A DNA stretch of 63,870 nt, filler included, from Octopus bimaculoides (GCF_001194135.2; 9 parts of 7 records of this genome joined end to end with filler, not necessarily neighbours in it); one strand, 5' to 3'. Shown: positions 12,383 through 24,650, counted from the first letter of the whole stretch. Numbers and translations are program-made. Notes: generated by a model not told the origin, from the sequence alone.

Positions 12383-13098
12383 TATTGTGCTGAGTCAAAA
12401 GTTTTGCAATCATCATCATCATCATCGCTTTCCATGCTAGCATGGGTTGGACGATTTGACTGAGGACTGGTGGACCAAGTGGCTACACCAGGCTCCAATC
12501 TGATTTGGCAGAGTTTCTACAGCTGGATGCCCTTCCTAACGCCAACCACTCAGAGAGTGTAGTGGGTGCTTCTACGTGCCACCGGCACGAAGGCCAGTCA
12601 GGCGGTACTGGCAACGGCCATGCTCGACATGGTGTATTTTACATGCCACCTGCACAGGAGCCAGTCCAGTGGCACTGGCAACGATCTCGCTCGAATGTCT
12701 TTTCACGTGCCTTCAGTAATTTCTTAGCTTCATTTGTCAAGTTACAATAAAATCAGCCTAGCATTCACAGTAGAAGCCATCATGTTGCACTGTCTGAAGC
12801 CACTGTTCTGAAAGTTTTTGTCCTTTGAGGCAAAAAATTCCTTCACTGAAGCTTCCACCTCTGCTTGGTTGATGAAGCACTATGAGCCATGGATCAGAAC
12901 AAGTAATAATCTGAGGGAGATAATTTTTTTGTCCTTTGCCTTGAAGGACAAGAACTGGTATCAGCACATTATCAAAGGACTGGCTAAAAGGTGGCTTCAG
13001 GTGGTGCAACATGACGGCCACCACTTTGGATGTAGTAACTTGACAAATAAAGCAAATAAGTTGCCAAAATATTGCAAAACTTTTGACTCAACACAATA
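12383..13098. mobile_element. Palindromic mariner-derived element built from two transposase 3' ends
   Basis: 28-bp inverted ends including TA match 27/28 (12383-12410 vs 13071-13098). Minus arm encodes NQAEVEASVKEFFASKDK..WLQTVQHDGFYCEC, plus arm KDKNWYQHIIKGLAKRWLQVVQHDGHHFGC. Confidence 0.8.
12411..12711 (-). mobile_element. RTE-type 3' end with (GAT)n tail (family D)
   Basis: Minus ..ttggcgttaggaagggcatccagctgtagaaac...cccatgctagcatggaaagcgatgatgatg. Also 14221-14640(-), 17268-17458(-), 18115-18193(+), 20228-20935(-), 20950-21475(+), 31492-31680(-), 63702-63862(+). Confidence 0.8.
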
Positions 13099-15036
13099 AA
13101 TTATCCAACACATACAGATTTACACTTTAAGAGATTCTCACCAAGAATTGTGTCATTGTTCTTTGTAACATTCTGGTGTGAATCTGGATCCATTTCTCTT
13201 CATCAATCAAAACAAAAGCTAGAATCACTAAAATTCGCAGGTAGAGCTATAGATTGCAATCAGCAGGGAAGTTTCATGTTTGATGAAGTCATAAATGAGA
13301 AGTAGGAACAAAGAATTCATTAAATTTTATGCCCACGGTTGTGATTTAGTACACTTTAACAACTTAGAATTACTCAATTTATATTTACAGTTAAGCACTG
13401 AATGAAAAGCTTTTTTTTTTTTTACTTCAAATTGTTCCTCCACAATATTGAATGTGGTAAGAAGATTAACATTTTCTTAGTCACATGTGATATTAATTTA
13501 GTATGGAGTCCAAAAATAATTAAACATTTTCTTGAGGTTCAAGAACATAGAAAAGGTTGGGAACCACTGCTTCTACGACAACTATACCCACTAGAAATAG
13601 CAGTCAAGACTTCCTTAAGTTACATAATCTTAAAAACACAGACACATATTGGATGATGTAGTTTGAGATACACTAAGACCACACACACAAAATAAAAAAA
13701 GGAAAAAGAAAAACATGATGCGAATGTAAAGGCTGGGCTGTTTTTTTTTTTATCATAGATCCACTCTAACAGGGCTGATCTGGGATTAAATAACAACCAA
13801 CTTCACAGCTGAGTGGTTAGCAGTGAAACGGGCATCCAGCTGTAAAAAAAAAGTTAATTGTTGCAACGAATAAACTATTTCACACTTGCAAACATCAAGT
13901 GGAAATCACAAGAACAAAACTGACTGGGAGTGTCTCCACTATACACAATACAAATATTTGCAAAAATATATAGATGCACAATGTTGGCTTTCGTCAACAC
14001 AGACAACAATTTTTGTACAACAAAAACGTCTACAAGGATAAAAAAGAAAAAAAATCAATTTTGCTTTATTTTCATTGTTCCATCACTAATTGTTACATAC
14101 ACACACACATATATATATCAATACTACACTTCTTCAAAGACTATACAATTAACTCAAGAATAAGAAGTTATATTTTGATTGAGCTTTAGAATAGAATTGT
14201 CTGTCTGTCTGTATGTGTATAATCATCATCATTTAAGCACCAATATCAGCATAGGCATGGTTTCTACACCTGGATGTCATTCTTAACACTAACCACTTTA
14301 CAGTGTACTGGGTGGTTTTTGTTTTTTTTTGTTTTTATGACACCAGCACTAGTAGCTTGCAGGATAGGAAAAAGAAAAGCCATCTCGAGTGAGTGGGAAT
14401 GATTTTGAAAGAGGGCAATTTGGCTTTATGCCAGGTGTTGAAAGGCTGAAAATATGACAGGACAAACACAAGTGTCTTACTATAGAGGAGACACACGGCA
14501 ACCTCACATTATATAAGGATGGGTAGGAGAAGCTGGAAAGAAGATAAAGGCAATGGTGGTAAAGATGCCAGAATGTATTTGCAAAGGACAATAAGTTGAG
14601 TGTAGGAGAGTATATGGTCAGTGGAAAAAGAAGGAAAAAGAGGGTTAGGTAATTCTACAGGGCTTCTTTATCAGAAGTTTCTCTGACACAAAATGGTACA
14701 GCCAGTGTCATTCCATGTTTGTATACACATTATAAATGTTATACACACAGGTATTTCAATTTAAGATTGTTTAAAGTGCATATATTAATATCATTCTCGC
14801 TTGGCTAGCATTCACGCATGTTAGTAAATGTTTTGTTTAACTAGCTTTTGTACTGAAAGTAGTATTTTCTGCTTAGCTCAGAATATCTGGGATATTCGTC
14901 ACTGAGGAGCCCAGATCAAAATACAGTGTGTGATAATTCACCAGCATTCTGAATGAATGCCCTGTGTTTTTAATATGTGTTTTTGATAAGTTTCTCTGAA
15001 ACAAAATATTACAGGTAGTGCCAGTCCTCACCTGCA

Positions 15037-15441
15037 TATCATCATTATCATCATTTAACATCCACTTTTCCTGGCTTGCAAGAGTTAGATGGAATTTGCT
15101 GAAACAGATTTTCTACACTTAGATGCCCTTCCTGATGCTAAACCTCACCTGTTTTCAAGTATGATAATGTTTTTCACAGAAAACTGGAAACAAACAACTT
15201 CACTTGTGTGACATTGATGCTCATTTATACACCATGCTAAGTCTAGACAAGGGTATACACAAACAGATACATAAATGTACACACAAATATATATACACAA
15301 TGGACATTTTTCAGTTTCTGTCTACCAAATCCACTTGAAGCTTTCATTGGCTCTAGGCTATAGTAGAAGACACTCACCCAAGGTGCTGCACAGTGGGACT
15401 GAACTTGAAATCACATGGTTGGGAAGCAAGCTTAATCACAC
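15037..15441 (-). mobile_element. Family B head/CORE SINE carrying an RTE-type 3' tail
   Basis: 15300-15441 matches B head and CORE. 15037-15150 reads (minus) ggtttagcatcaggaagggcatctaagtgtagaaa...gtggatgttaaatgatgataatgatgat, the RTE tail seen at 63702-63862. Confidence 0.7.
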
Positions 15442-15569
15442 TAATAAATATATCATCATTTTATTTATATTAGTTGATGTAATTTGCAACAGTTGAACTT
15501 CTGTTTTACTCTTTAACAGCCTTGCCATGGTGTGCTCATGAACAGCAAAACAGACACAAATTTACATTA

Positions 15570-16640
15570 TTGAAAACCAAACCCTGATGAACGCCAACCT
15601 GCACACTCATGGTTAACTTTCACTTTACTGACAGAGCCTCTGTACATGGCCTGTACAGCTTTCACAAGCCACTCATTTACCCCTAGTTTTCTCAGAGCCT
15701 ATATCACACAGTAGGTATCCTGTCAAAAAATTTCTCCAAGTCAACAAATGCCAAGTACAAAGGTTTATTCTTAGCCAAATACTTCTGCAGTTGTCTGACT
15801 ATAGAGATAGCATCAGTAGTGCTGCTCTTTGGTACAAAGCCAAACTGCATTTCACCTAATCTGATTCTGTTCCTAATTTAAAAGGGCTAAAACTCTCCAT
15901 AAATTTCAGGACATAGTTCAGCAATTTGATACCTCTGTAATTACTTCTATCAAAGGCATTTCCTTTCTCCTGATTAACTATACTAGACTATGTGCTATTG
16001 GTTGGCACTCCATCAGTTACGATGATGAGGGTTCCAGTTGATCTGATCAATGGAACAGCCTGCTCGTGAAATTAACGTGCAGTGGCTGAGCACTCCACAG
16101 ACATGTCTACCTTTAACGTAGTTCTCAGGGAGATTCAGAGTGACACAGAGTGTGACAAGGCTGGCCCTTTGAAATACAGGTACAACAGAAAAAGGAAGAA
16201 AGAGTGAGAGAAAGTTGTGGTGAAAGAGTACAGCAGGGTTCACCACCATCTCCTTATGGAACTTTAGGTGTTTACGCTCAATAAACACTCACAATGCTCG
16301 GTCTGGGAATCGAAATCGCGATCCTACGACCGCGAGTCTGCTGCCCTAATCACTGGGCCATTGCGTCTCAACTATGTGCTACTATGCCAGACATTTTTAG
16401 CACCTCAGCAGTAACTCCCAATTGACCAGGGGCTTTTCTCAACTTCATATCCTTAATTGCTTTATCTATCATACTGCTGTCACACAGGAGAGATTCTCTT
16501 CCTCCCATTCATTCTTTGCCTAACATAGTAGCACTTTCACACCTCTTTCTTTTCAGAGTCACTGAGTGCAAGCATGCCATCATCCATCTGTACACACTTC
16601 TCTCCTGCAATATTTCAATTCTCTATGCTACACTGTCTAG
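15570..16640 (-). mobile_element. Decayed RTE-clade RT fragment interrupted by a family C SINE
   Basis: Minus: MIDKAIKDMKLRKAPGQLGVTAEVLKMSG, KGNAFDRSNYRGIKLL, ALRKLGVNEWLVKAVQAMYRGSVSKVKV, GVHQG. Confidence 0.85.
15998..16370 (-). mobile_element. Full-length family C tRNA-derived SINE with 11-bp TSD, inserted in RTE ORF2
   Basis: TSD actatgtgcta at 15987-15997 and 16371-16381. Head (minus) gacgcaatggcccagtgattagggcagcagactcgcggtcgtaggatcgcgatttcgattccc. Other copies at 34705-34984(-), 49890-50205(+). Confidence 0.9.
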
Positions 16641-16990
16641 TGATCCAGAACATCATGTTTCTGATTTTCATACTGTAAGACACTGGCAAACCTCTTACTT
16701 TCTGCTTCTGCCATTGCTAGATAACCTTATCACCTAGCTTCCCTCTTGGCTACCCAATATAACTTTTTGCAGCTTCCATTTCTCCAATCTTTCCAAGCTT
16801 GGCTCTTTGCTTGTATATCCCTATCTACATTACTGTTCTACCACTCTCCATCTGGCAGAGACTTTGCCTCAGTCATAGATTTGGTGTGCAGCCTTTCAGG
16901 CCATAGGAAACTGCTACAGCAAATTCCACCTGACCCATGTGAGCAGAGAAAATGAATACTAAAATGATGATAATATATCTATACCATTGA

Positions 16991-17148
16991 CACACCTACA
17001 CAAGGGTGCCACCCACATCAATTTTCACATAACTTTCAGAAAAATGGATCGTTTTATAATCAAAATCTACATCTGAAAATTTCATTAAAAAAATATCCAT
17101 TTTCAAAAGTTATGAGAAACAATGTCAAGGCACACTTGTGTAGGTGTG
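16991..17148. mobile_element. 158-bp hairpin MITE
   Basis: TIR cacacctacacaagggtgcc vs ggcacacttgtgtaggtgtg (19/20) plus inner inverted cataacttt..aaaatggat; no clear TSD. Confidence 0.65.
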
Positions 17149-20100
17149 ACTATATAGCATACTACATTACATACATATATATAAAATAAGCTGATGTCTA
17201 TTCACATATAAGATGTATGTGTGAGAGAGAGTATATGCCATATATACATATATATATTCATCATATTCATCATCATCATCATCGTTTAACGTCCGCTTTC
17301 CATGCTAGCATGGGTTGGACGATTTGACTGAGGACTGGTGAAACCAAATGGCTACACCAGGCTCCAATCTGATTTGGCAGAGCTTCTACAGCTGGATGCC
17401 CTCCTTAACGCCAACTACTCCGAGAGTGTAGTGGGTGCTTCTATGTGCCACCGGCACGTCAGTCCCATGCAACTTAAAGTTTTGTAGGCTTCTTACAGAA
17501 ACATAGCTTGTTAACTGAATGGAGAGATACAGTAAGACCAACACTACTACAGGAAAAAGCCATTATTGGTCAAGGCAGGTTACATGGTGTTGTTAGAAAT
17601 GTGATTGACATTCCAGTGACACCAGATGCATTAAAATGGAGTACTTCCTGGACCATATGACTGGACAGGAAGTTGCTGGAGCCTTGCTGTCTGGCCTGTC
17701 TTAAAGGGTCTTGTGGGCCACTAGATACATGGCCAGCGAGGGTGTGTGTATACCAGATGTATGAGTGCATAGATGTGGGTGTCTGATGTCTATGCATGTG
17801 TATTATTTATGTGTGTGTGGAGGTGGTGCATGTGTGTAAGTTGGTGTGTGGGTGAGAGCTGATGGCATCACTTTGTTGAAACGTGCATGTTTGCTAAGGT
17901 GTGTGTACATATGGGTGCGAGTGCATATCAGCCATGTGTGAGTACTTCCAAGTGAAAATATATGGGTGTGTCAACTGTGTATATCAGCTGCGTGCGTATG
18001 AGTTGAGTGCGAATACATGTGTATTTGTATATGCATGTGCATGTTTAGGATGCATGCAAGAGCGTTTGTGTGTACGGATGATTGGTAAATGCAAGTATGT
18101 ACATTCTAGTATTTATAGCCATCTGGTTTCACCAGTCCTCAGTCAAATCGTCCAACCCATGCTAGCATGGAAAGCGGACGTTAAACGACGACGATAAATG
18201 TGTTTGTATGTATGTGCACAGATATATACATGCTTTGGGATTCATGTGTGAGTTTGACAAATATATGCTAGTGTAGTTGCAACAACATTGCTCGGGCAGG
18301 GAGAAATTTTGCTGTTGGATTGAGGTTTGGTAATGTTAGGAAAAAGAGAGAGGAAAAGCATATATACATAGATGTTGGTGTGTGAGTGTGTACCCCTGTA
18401 AATGGGAAAAAAACGTAGAGGTTACAAGGGATGCATAAGATTGGAAGGTCAGCCTGTGGTCTGCGTAGATATCGGTGGTTAGAAACGTTGTCTTTGGTTG
18501 TGGGACAGCATGTGTTTAAGTGCAGCCAATGTTAATCTTATTATATCTGGCAATTGCGAGCGCCGAGTGAGTAAGGTGAGGCACTATCCATGATAGTCCA
18601 TTCGGTGTTAGGGGTTTCACACACACACATATATATATATACATATACACATATACATACATACACACACACTCGCACATGATCGTGCAGATATAACAAT
18701 CCAGGACCGGCCTAAATAAATAATATATATATATATATCGCTTGGATCGGAGATCTTATAGGGACTAAAATTATTTACATAGTCGTAGAATAACTTTAGC
18801 TAATAAAACCAGTTACATTCAGGTAATATTAAGCAATATGTGATCTATATATATATATATATATATATTNNNNNNNNNNNNNNNNNNNNNNNNNNNNNNN
18901 NNNNNNNNNNNNNNNNNNNNNNNNNNNNNNNNNNNNNNNNNNNNNNNNNNNNNNNNNNNNNNNNNNNNNNNNNNNNNNNNNNNNNNNNNNNNNNNNNNNN
19001 NNNNNNNNNNNNNNNNNNNNNNNNNNNNNNNNNNNNNNNNNNNNNNNNNNNNNNNNNNNNNNNNNNNNNNNNNNNNNNNNNNNNNNNNNNNNNNNNNNNN
19101 NNNNNNNNNNNNNNNNNNNNNNNNNNNNNNNNNNNNNNNNNNNNNNNNNNNNNNNNNNNNNNNNNNNNNNNNNNNNNNNNNNNNNNNNNNNNNNNNNNNN
19201 NNNNNNNNNNNNNNNNNNNNNNNNNNNNNNNNNNNNNNNNNNNNNNNNNNNNNNNNNNNNNNNNNNNNNNNNNNNNNNNNNNNNNNNNNNNNNNNNNNNN
19301 NNNNNNNNNNNNNNNNNNNNNNNNNNNNNNNNNNNNNNNNNNNNNNNNNNNNNNNNNNNNNNNNNNNNNNNNNNNNNNNNNNNNNNNNNNNNNNNNNNNN
19401 NNNNNNNNNNNNNNNNNGAATATTTATTCTAATTTTGTGAATATATGTGTGTGTGTGTGTGTGTGTGTGTTTTATTAGTAGAAACTTTTTGAATCTTTTG
19501 AATAATCAGCAATGTGTAACACCCGACTTAGATTTCAGAAATTTCAACTTCAAATAAAATATACACATCTGCAAAATACCATTTTTTTACTATTGTAAAC
19601 ACAAACGTTCACCAATCTCCCACATTCACACACTGATAGATAGATAGATAGGATTGTGTGCGCGCGCACAATTTGCAGTTGTCAATGATAGAAGCGACAA
19701 CAATAAGTCAAAGATTGATTGGAATCCCGCTTGGGTGTGTCAGCTGATACATTACAATACGATGCCTCACTCGGTATTTAGAACTGCAAATAAGTAACTT
19801 ATTCACTTCATGCAAATCGCCTGATACATGCATATATATAGTGAGTCAAATGTATACAAAGCTCATGAGTACAAATTCCGTCGAGGTCGACTTGGCCTTT
19901 CATCCTTTCGGGGTCGATTAAACAAGTACCAGTTACGCACTGGGTTCGATGTAATCGACTTAATCCCTTTGTCTGTCCTTGTTTGTCCCTTCGATGTTTA
20001 GTCCCCTGTAGGCAATAAGGAAATAAATTGTACACAAAACTCAAGGGCATGACAACGCGTCGGAAACATTTAACAAAGGAGAGAAAATAAGTCAAAGAAC

Positions 20101-21862
20101 GACAGTAATGATAGCGAAAAGTGCGTCCACAATACACGGAAGAGAGCCCAAAAAGACAAAAAAATCAACTGTAAAAGGGCCATAAAGAGAAAAGGATGCT
20201 TAATTTTGTCGAATTGTATGTATGTAGGCATGATGTGGGTGTGCGTACATCATTATCAACATCGTTTAATGTCCGTTCGCCATGTTATGGGCGTGTTTGG
20301 ATGTCCGTCAACAACTTTACGAAGTGCACTGGTAGTATCTTCTAGTGGCACCACCACTTATGAGTTGCCTTACAACTTGCAAGACTGGAAGACCTAACGT
20401 GACCCCTATAACAATAAGAATAAGAAAGAGTCTATGATTATTTTAGTCAAGGGACATGAGAAACGCTAAAGTATGATAAGAGGATAAGATTCAGAGTTGT
20501 GAGAGTAAGAGAGAAGACACTTTGGAGCGGGAGTTACAAGGGATAGAGGGAAAAGATGGGTTTAGTGTCAATAATGAGAAAGGAAGGGACAGAGTGGTAA
20601 AGGTGATGAGGCAGGTTGTGTAGAGGTAGTCCAGAGATGTCTCACATAAGGGTGAATATAGAAGGAGAGTGTGAAAGGATGGGAACATGAAATAGAAAAT
20701 ATATGAGGGTAGCAAGGAACCAGAAAGAGTCCTTGAAAGAGGGGTGTGGAGTCATGAGGTAAACGTGAGAGAAAAAGAGACTGAGAAGAAATGGTAAATG
20801 GCAGTGGGTGAGCAAGCATTGCAAGTTGTGAGATAACGGATAAAGTGGTATGGGTGATAAAAAGGTAAAATGACTGAAGTGAATAGAGATGATTGAGTGA
20901 AAGAGACAGTTAAATGAGGCATGGGTGACAGTGGTATAAGTAATATATATACTATAGCCACCTCTAGTCCCATCTGTCACTCTCCTTTCACACTCATGGA
21001 ATAATCCACCGTTTTCTTCTCCCTTGATCCACTATCAGTATTCTCCTTTAAACTTTCTTGTACTATGAGAGTATGGTCCGGCACCATCACCATCTTTCAG
21101 TTACTCTCTCCCGTCCTTATATAATGTTGTGTAGTCATAAAGCTCCCCTGTGGCAAGACATCTGCACTTGTCCCTCCGCAATACTTTAGACTTCAATACC
21201 TAGTATAAAACCACCTTCTCACTCTCAAATACATTCCCACTAAGTCAAGGGGGCTTTTTCCTTTCCTTTCTTTTCTTTGTCTTGCAGTTTACTTGGTGAC
21301 CTCACCAAGCACCCAATACACACTATAAAATTCTTGGCATTAGGGAGAGCTCCAAGCTATAGAAACTAAGCCAAGGCTGACACAGGAGCTGAACAAAACT
21401 GCCCTACAACTCATTGGATCCTGTCAAATCATCAAGCACTTACTAGCATAGAAAATGAATATTAAATGATGACAATTGTGTGTGTGTGTGTGAGAGTGCG
21501 TGTAATATGTTTTTCTTTCCTGTCTTTTTTCCATTTTTATTCACCCTTTGTCTTCTCATTTAAATTTTCACATCAACCTTCTCATTTTTTCTCATGGCTT
21601 CTCATGTGTCAGTGTCCTGATTTTTAAATAGAACAAACCACATGTGCTCAGAACCCAAAGTTTGTTTGGAGACACAAAGCATGTTATAGAGATTTGCCTA
21701 TCCGAGTGTCTCAATGACAAAAAACTATTTGTAGCTCTTATTTTAGATACTGTGTACGTTAAATGATATTTATCTCTCACTGGATGGAGTAGTTTTGTTT
21801 ATTCTACCATAATGGAACAATAAACTATATATATATATATCTACCTCATTGTAACGTGTTCG

Positions 21863-22182
21863 CTCCTGCTGGCGAAAAAGGGACTCTCACTCAGAGTAAA
21901 AGGCAGACTGTATGACGCATGCGTACGAACAGCCATGCTACATGGCAGTGAAACATGGGCTGTAACTGCTGAGGACATACGTAAGCTCGCAAGGAATGAA
22001 GCCAGTATGCTCCGTTGGATGTGTAATGTCAATGTGAATACCCGTCAGAGTGTAAGTATCTTGAGAGAAAAGCTGAACATTAGAAGCATTAGTTGTGGGG
22101 TGCAAGAGAGACGATTGCACTGGTATGGACATGTGGTGAGAATGGATGAGGATAGCTGCGTGAAAAAGTGCTACACCCTAAC
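21863..22182 (+). mobile_element. Young 5'-truncated RTE ORF2 post-RT segment (runs into a linker gap)
   Basis: LLLAKKGLSLRVKGRLYDACVRTAMLHGSETWAVTAEDIRKLARNEASMLRWMCNV...QERRLHWYGHVVRMDEDSCVKKC, open frame. Confidence 0.85.
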
Positions 22183-22360
22183 NNNNNNNNNNNNNNNNNN
22201 NNNNNNNNNNNNNNNNNNNNNNNNNNTTAATTAATTAANNNNNNNNNNNNNNNNNNNNNNNNNNNNNNNNNNNNNNNNNNNNCATACACACATATATGTG
22301 CGTGTATGTGTGCATGTATATGTGTGTGTATGTGTGTCTGCATGTTATATTTTTAAATAC

Positions 22361-22568
22361 AAGGCGGCGAGCTGGCAGAAACGTTAGCACGCCGGGTGAA
22401 ATGCTTAGCGGTGTTTCGTCTGTCTTTAAGTTCTGAGTTCAAATTCCGCCGAGGTCAACTTTGCCTTTCATCCTTTGGGCATCGATAAATTAAGTGCCAG
22501 TTGCATACTGGGGTCGATCTAATCCCCGCCCCCCCAAATTTCAGGCCTTGTGACTAGAGTAGAAAATT
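22361..22568 (+). mobile_element. Family A SINE, tail type A2
   Basis: Same head and centre, tail aaatttcaggccttgtgactagagtagaaaattat. Related copies at 23545-23753(-), 29345-29556(-), 32102-32240, 44895-45085. Confidence 0.85.
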
Positions 22569-24233
22569 ATATATTTGTAAATATGGCTGTTAAAGAGGTT
22601 GGTGACAACAACGACGACGATGGTGATGATGATGATAATGACGATGATAACGATAACCATTATGATGACTATGGTGATGATGATGAGGAGGAGGCAGAAG
22701 AGTAGAAGGGTAACGGTGATGATGTTCATGATCATGATGATATAATCGATATTAACATAAACACAAGGCCATAATCGAAGTGGGTTGGTGGAACAATATA
22801 TTCAAATATTTCACTGGAACTTAATTAAATCACTTACAAATACGAGAAAAAAAAAGGGTTGAGGCCCCAGATATAACTGGACCTAACAGGGCCTGATATT
22901 TTGGCCAAATAATGACTACTCTTTGAATATAAGGGACATAGACTTCAACTTCGCTATATTCTCTTCTACTAGTTTCAGTCATTTGACTGTGGCAATGCTG
23001 GAGCACTGCCTTTTTGTCAAACAAATCGACCCTAAGACTTACTGTTTGTAAGCCAAGTACTTATTCCTGTCAGTCTCTTTTGCTGAACCGCCAAGTTACG
23101 GGGACGTAAACTCACCAACATCGGTTGTCAAGCGATGGTAGGGTGACAAATATATATATATATATAAATACGACGGGCTTCTTTCAGTTTCCGTCTCCCG
23201 AATCCACTCACAAGGTTTTGGTTGGCCCGAAGCTATAGTAGAAGACACTTGCCCAAGGTGTCACACAGGAGGACTGAACCCGGAACCATATGGTTGGGAA
23301 GCAAGCTTCTTATCACACAGCCACTCCTGCGCCTTAAAATAAGTAATTTATTTCTGCTCTAGGCATNNNNNNNNNNGTTTCCGTCTCCCGAATCCACTCA
23401 CAAGGTTTTGGTTGGCCCGAAGCTATAGTAGAAGACACTTGCCCAAGGTGTCACACAGGAGGACTGAACCCGGAACCATATGGTTGGGAAGCAAGCTTCT
23501 TATCACACAGCCACTCCTGCGCCTTAAAATAAGTAATTTATTTCTGCTCTAGGCATAAGGCCTTGAAAGAGTTTTTTTGGGGAAAAGTGCTACTCGATAA
23601 CATCGAGTTCCAGCACTCAACTGGTATTCATTTCATCGACTCCGAAAGGACGAAAGCAAAGTCGACCTCGGTGGAGTTTGAACTCAGAACGTAACGGCAG
23701 ACGAAATGCCGCTAAGCATTTCGTCCGGCGTGCTAACGATTCTGCCAGCTCGCTTGTGTGTGTTTCTTTTAATTCTTTTCTTATTTATTTTATTCATTCG
23801 TCTGCAGACAAGGGTTTAGTCTAACCAATCGACCCCAGTGCTAGTGTTTTGGTCAGGTACTTATTGTATCGGTTTTTTTCTAAAACCGCTAGGTTACTGG
23901 AAGGTAAACAAGCCAACACTGGATATACGTAGGGATTTCATACAATCCCCATTTACCGAATTGACTCACAAGAAATGTACACTCCCTCCCCAGTATTTGA
24001 CTACTATATGCTGCTAACATCAGCAGGTGAAGGAACCAAGGAAATAAACTCTGGTATAATTTCAAAACACGAAGAAAAGCTCTGTAATCACCTATATATT
24101 ATACTTCAAGGTATTTTGTCCGAATAATCATAAATTTTAACTTCGGTTAAGGTAAGGTCTCAAAATTTGTGGGAGATTAGAAATATAAAATGGATCTCTA
24201 CTGAAACTTGCAAAAAAAATAAATAAATAAAAA

Positions 24234-24428
24234 GCATTGGATGAACTCCTAACGACGATACCGGACCGACCAACCATTCGAGGATACACTCAGAGAAGAT
24301 CAGCAACTACAAACTCGATCATCGACCAACTTTAAATCATAAAACGACAATAAAACTTTAAAAAAAAAAAATCAAAGTGGTGCTCCAGCATGACTGCAGT
24401 CCGGCGACTGAAACCAGTAAAAGAATAA
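24234..24428 (+). mobile_element. CR1-like LINE ORF2 C-terminus plus 3' tail
   Basis: ALDELLTTIPDRPTIRGYTQRRSATTNSIIDQL* (stop 24333-24335), then ggtgctccagcatgactgcagtccggcgactgaaaccagtaaaaga at 24379. Clade assignment is from recalled motifs. Confidence 0.6.
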
Positions 24429-24650
24429 GGAATGCGTGCCAGACGATTAAACCCCTTCTAGATATTTATTTTATTGGCCCTTTGAGAGACGGAAGCTAAA
24501 TTCAACGTCGGTGAGGTACGAACTTAGAATAAACATAAAGAATGCAACAGAATATCACACGTCGTTTTCTCTGCCACTTTATGAAAAGAGCAACATCTGT
24601 TGCTCAGATATGGGAGTAATTAGAAAAAAAATACTATTATTATCCCTATT

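Larger units (their letters stand above)
12219..13569. mobile_element. hAT/Charlie-type non-autonomous element hosting nested insertions
   Basis: TIRs taagggttcccaacctt (12219) and aaggttgggaaccactg (ending 13569); flanks ctctacat / cttctacg are only a degenerate TSD. Confidence 0.5.

Noticed and set aside
17328-17354. CTGAGGA..GAAAC in family D resembling a hammerhead
   Set aside because: No helix II possible (5 nt spacer) and no U16.1 pairing.
23196-23546. Exact 170-bp tandem duplication across a 10-N gap
   Set aside because: Identical copies flanking a tiny gap are typical of unmerged contig overlap.
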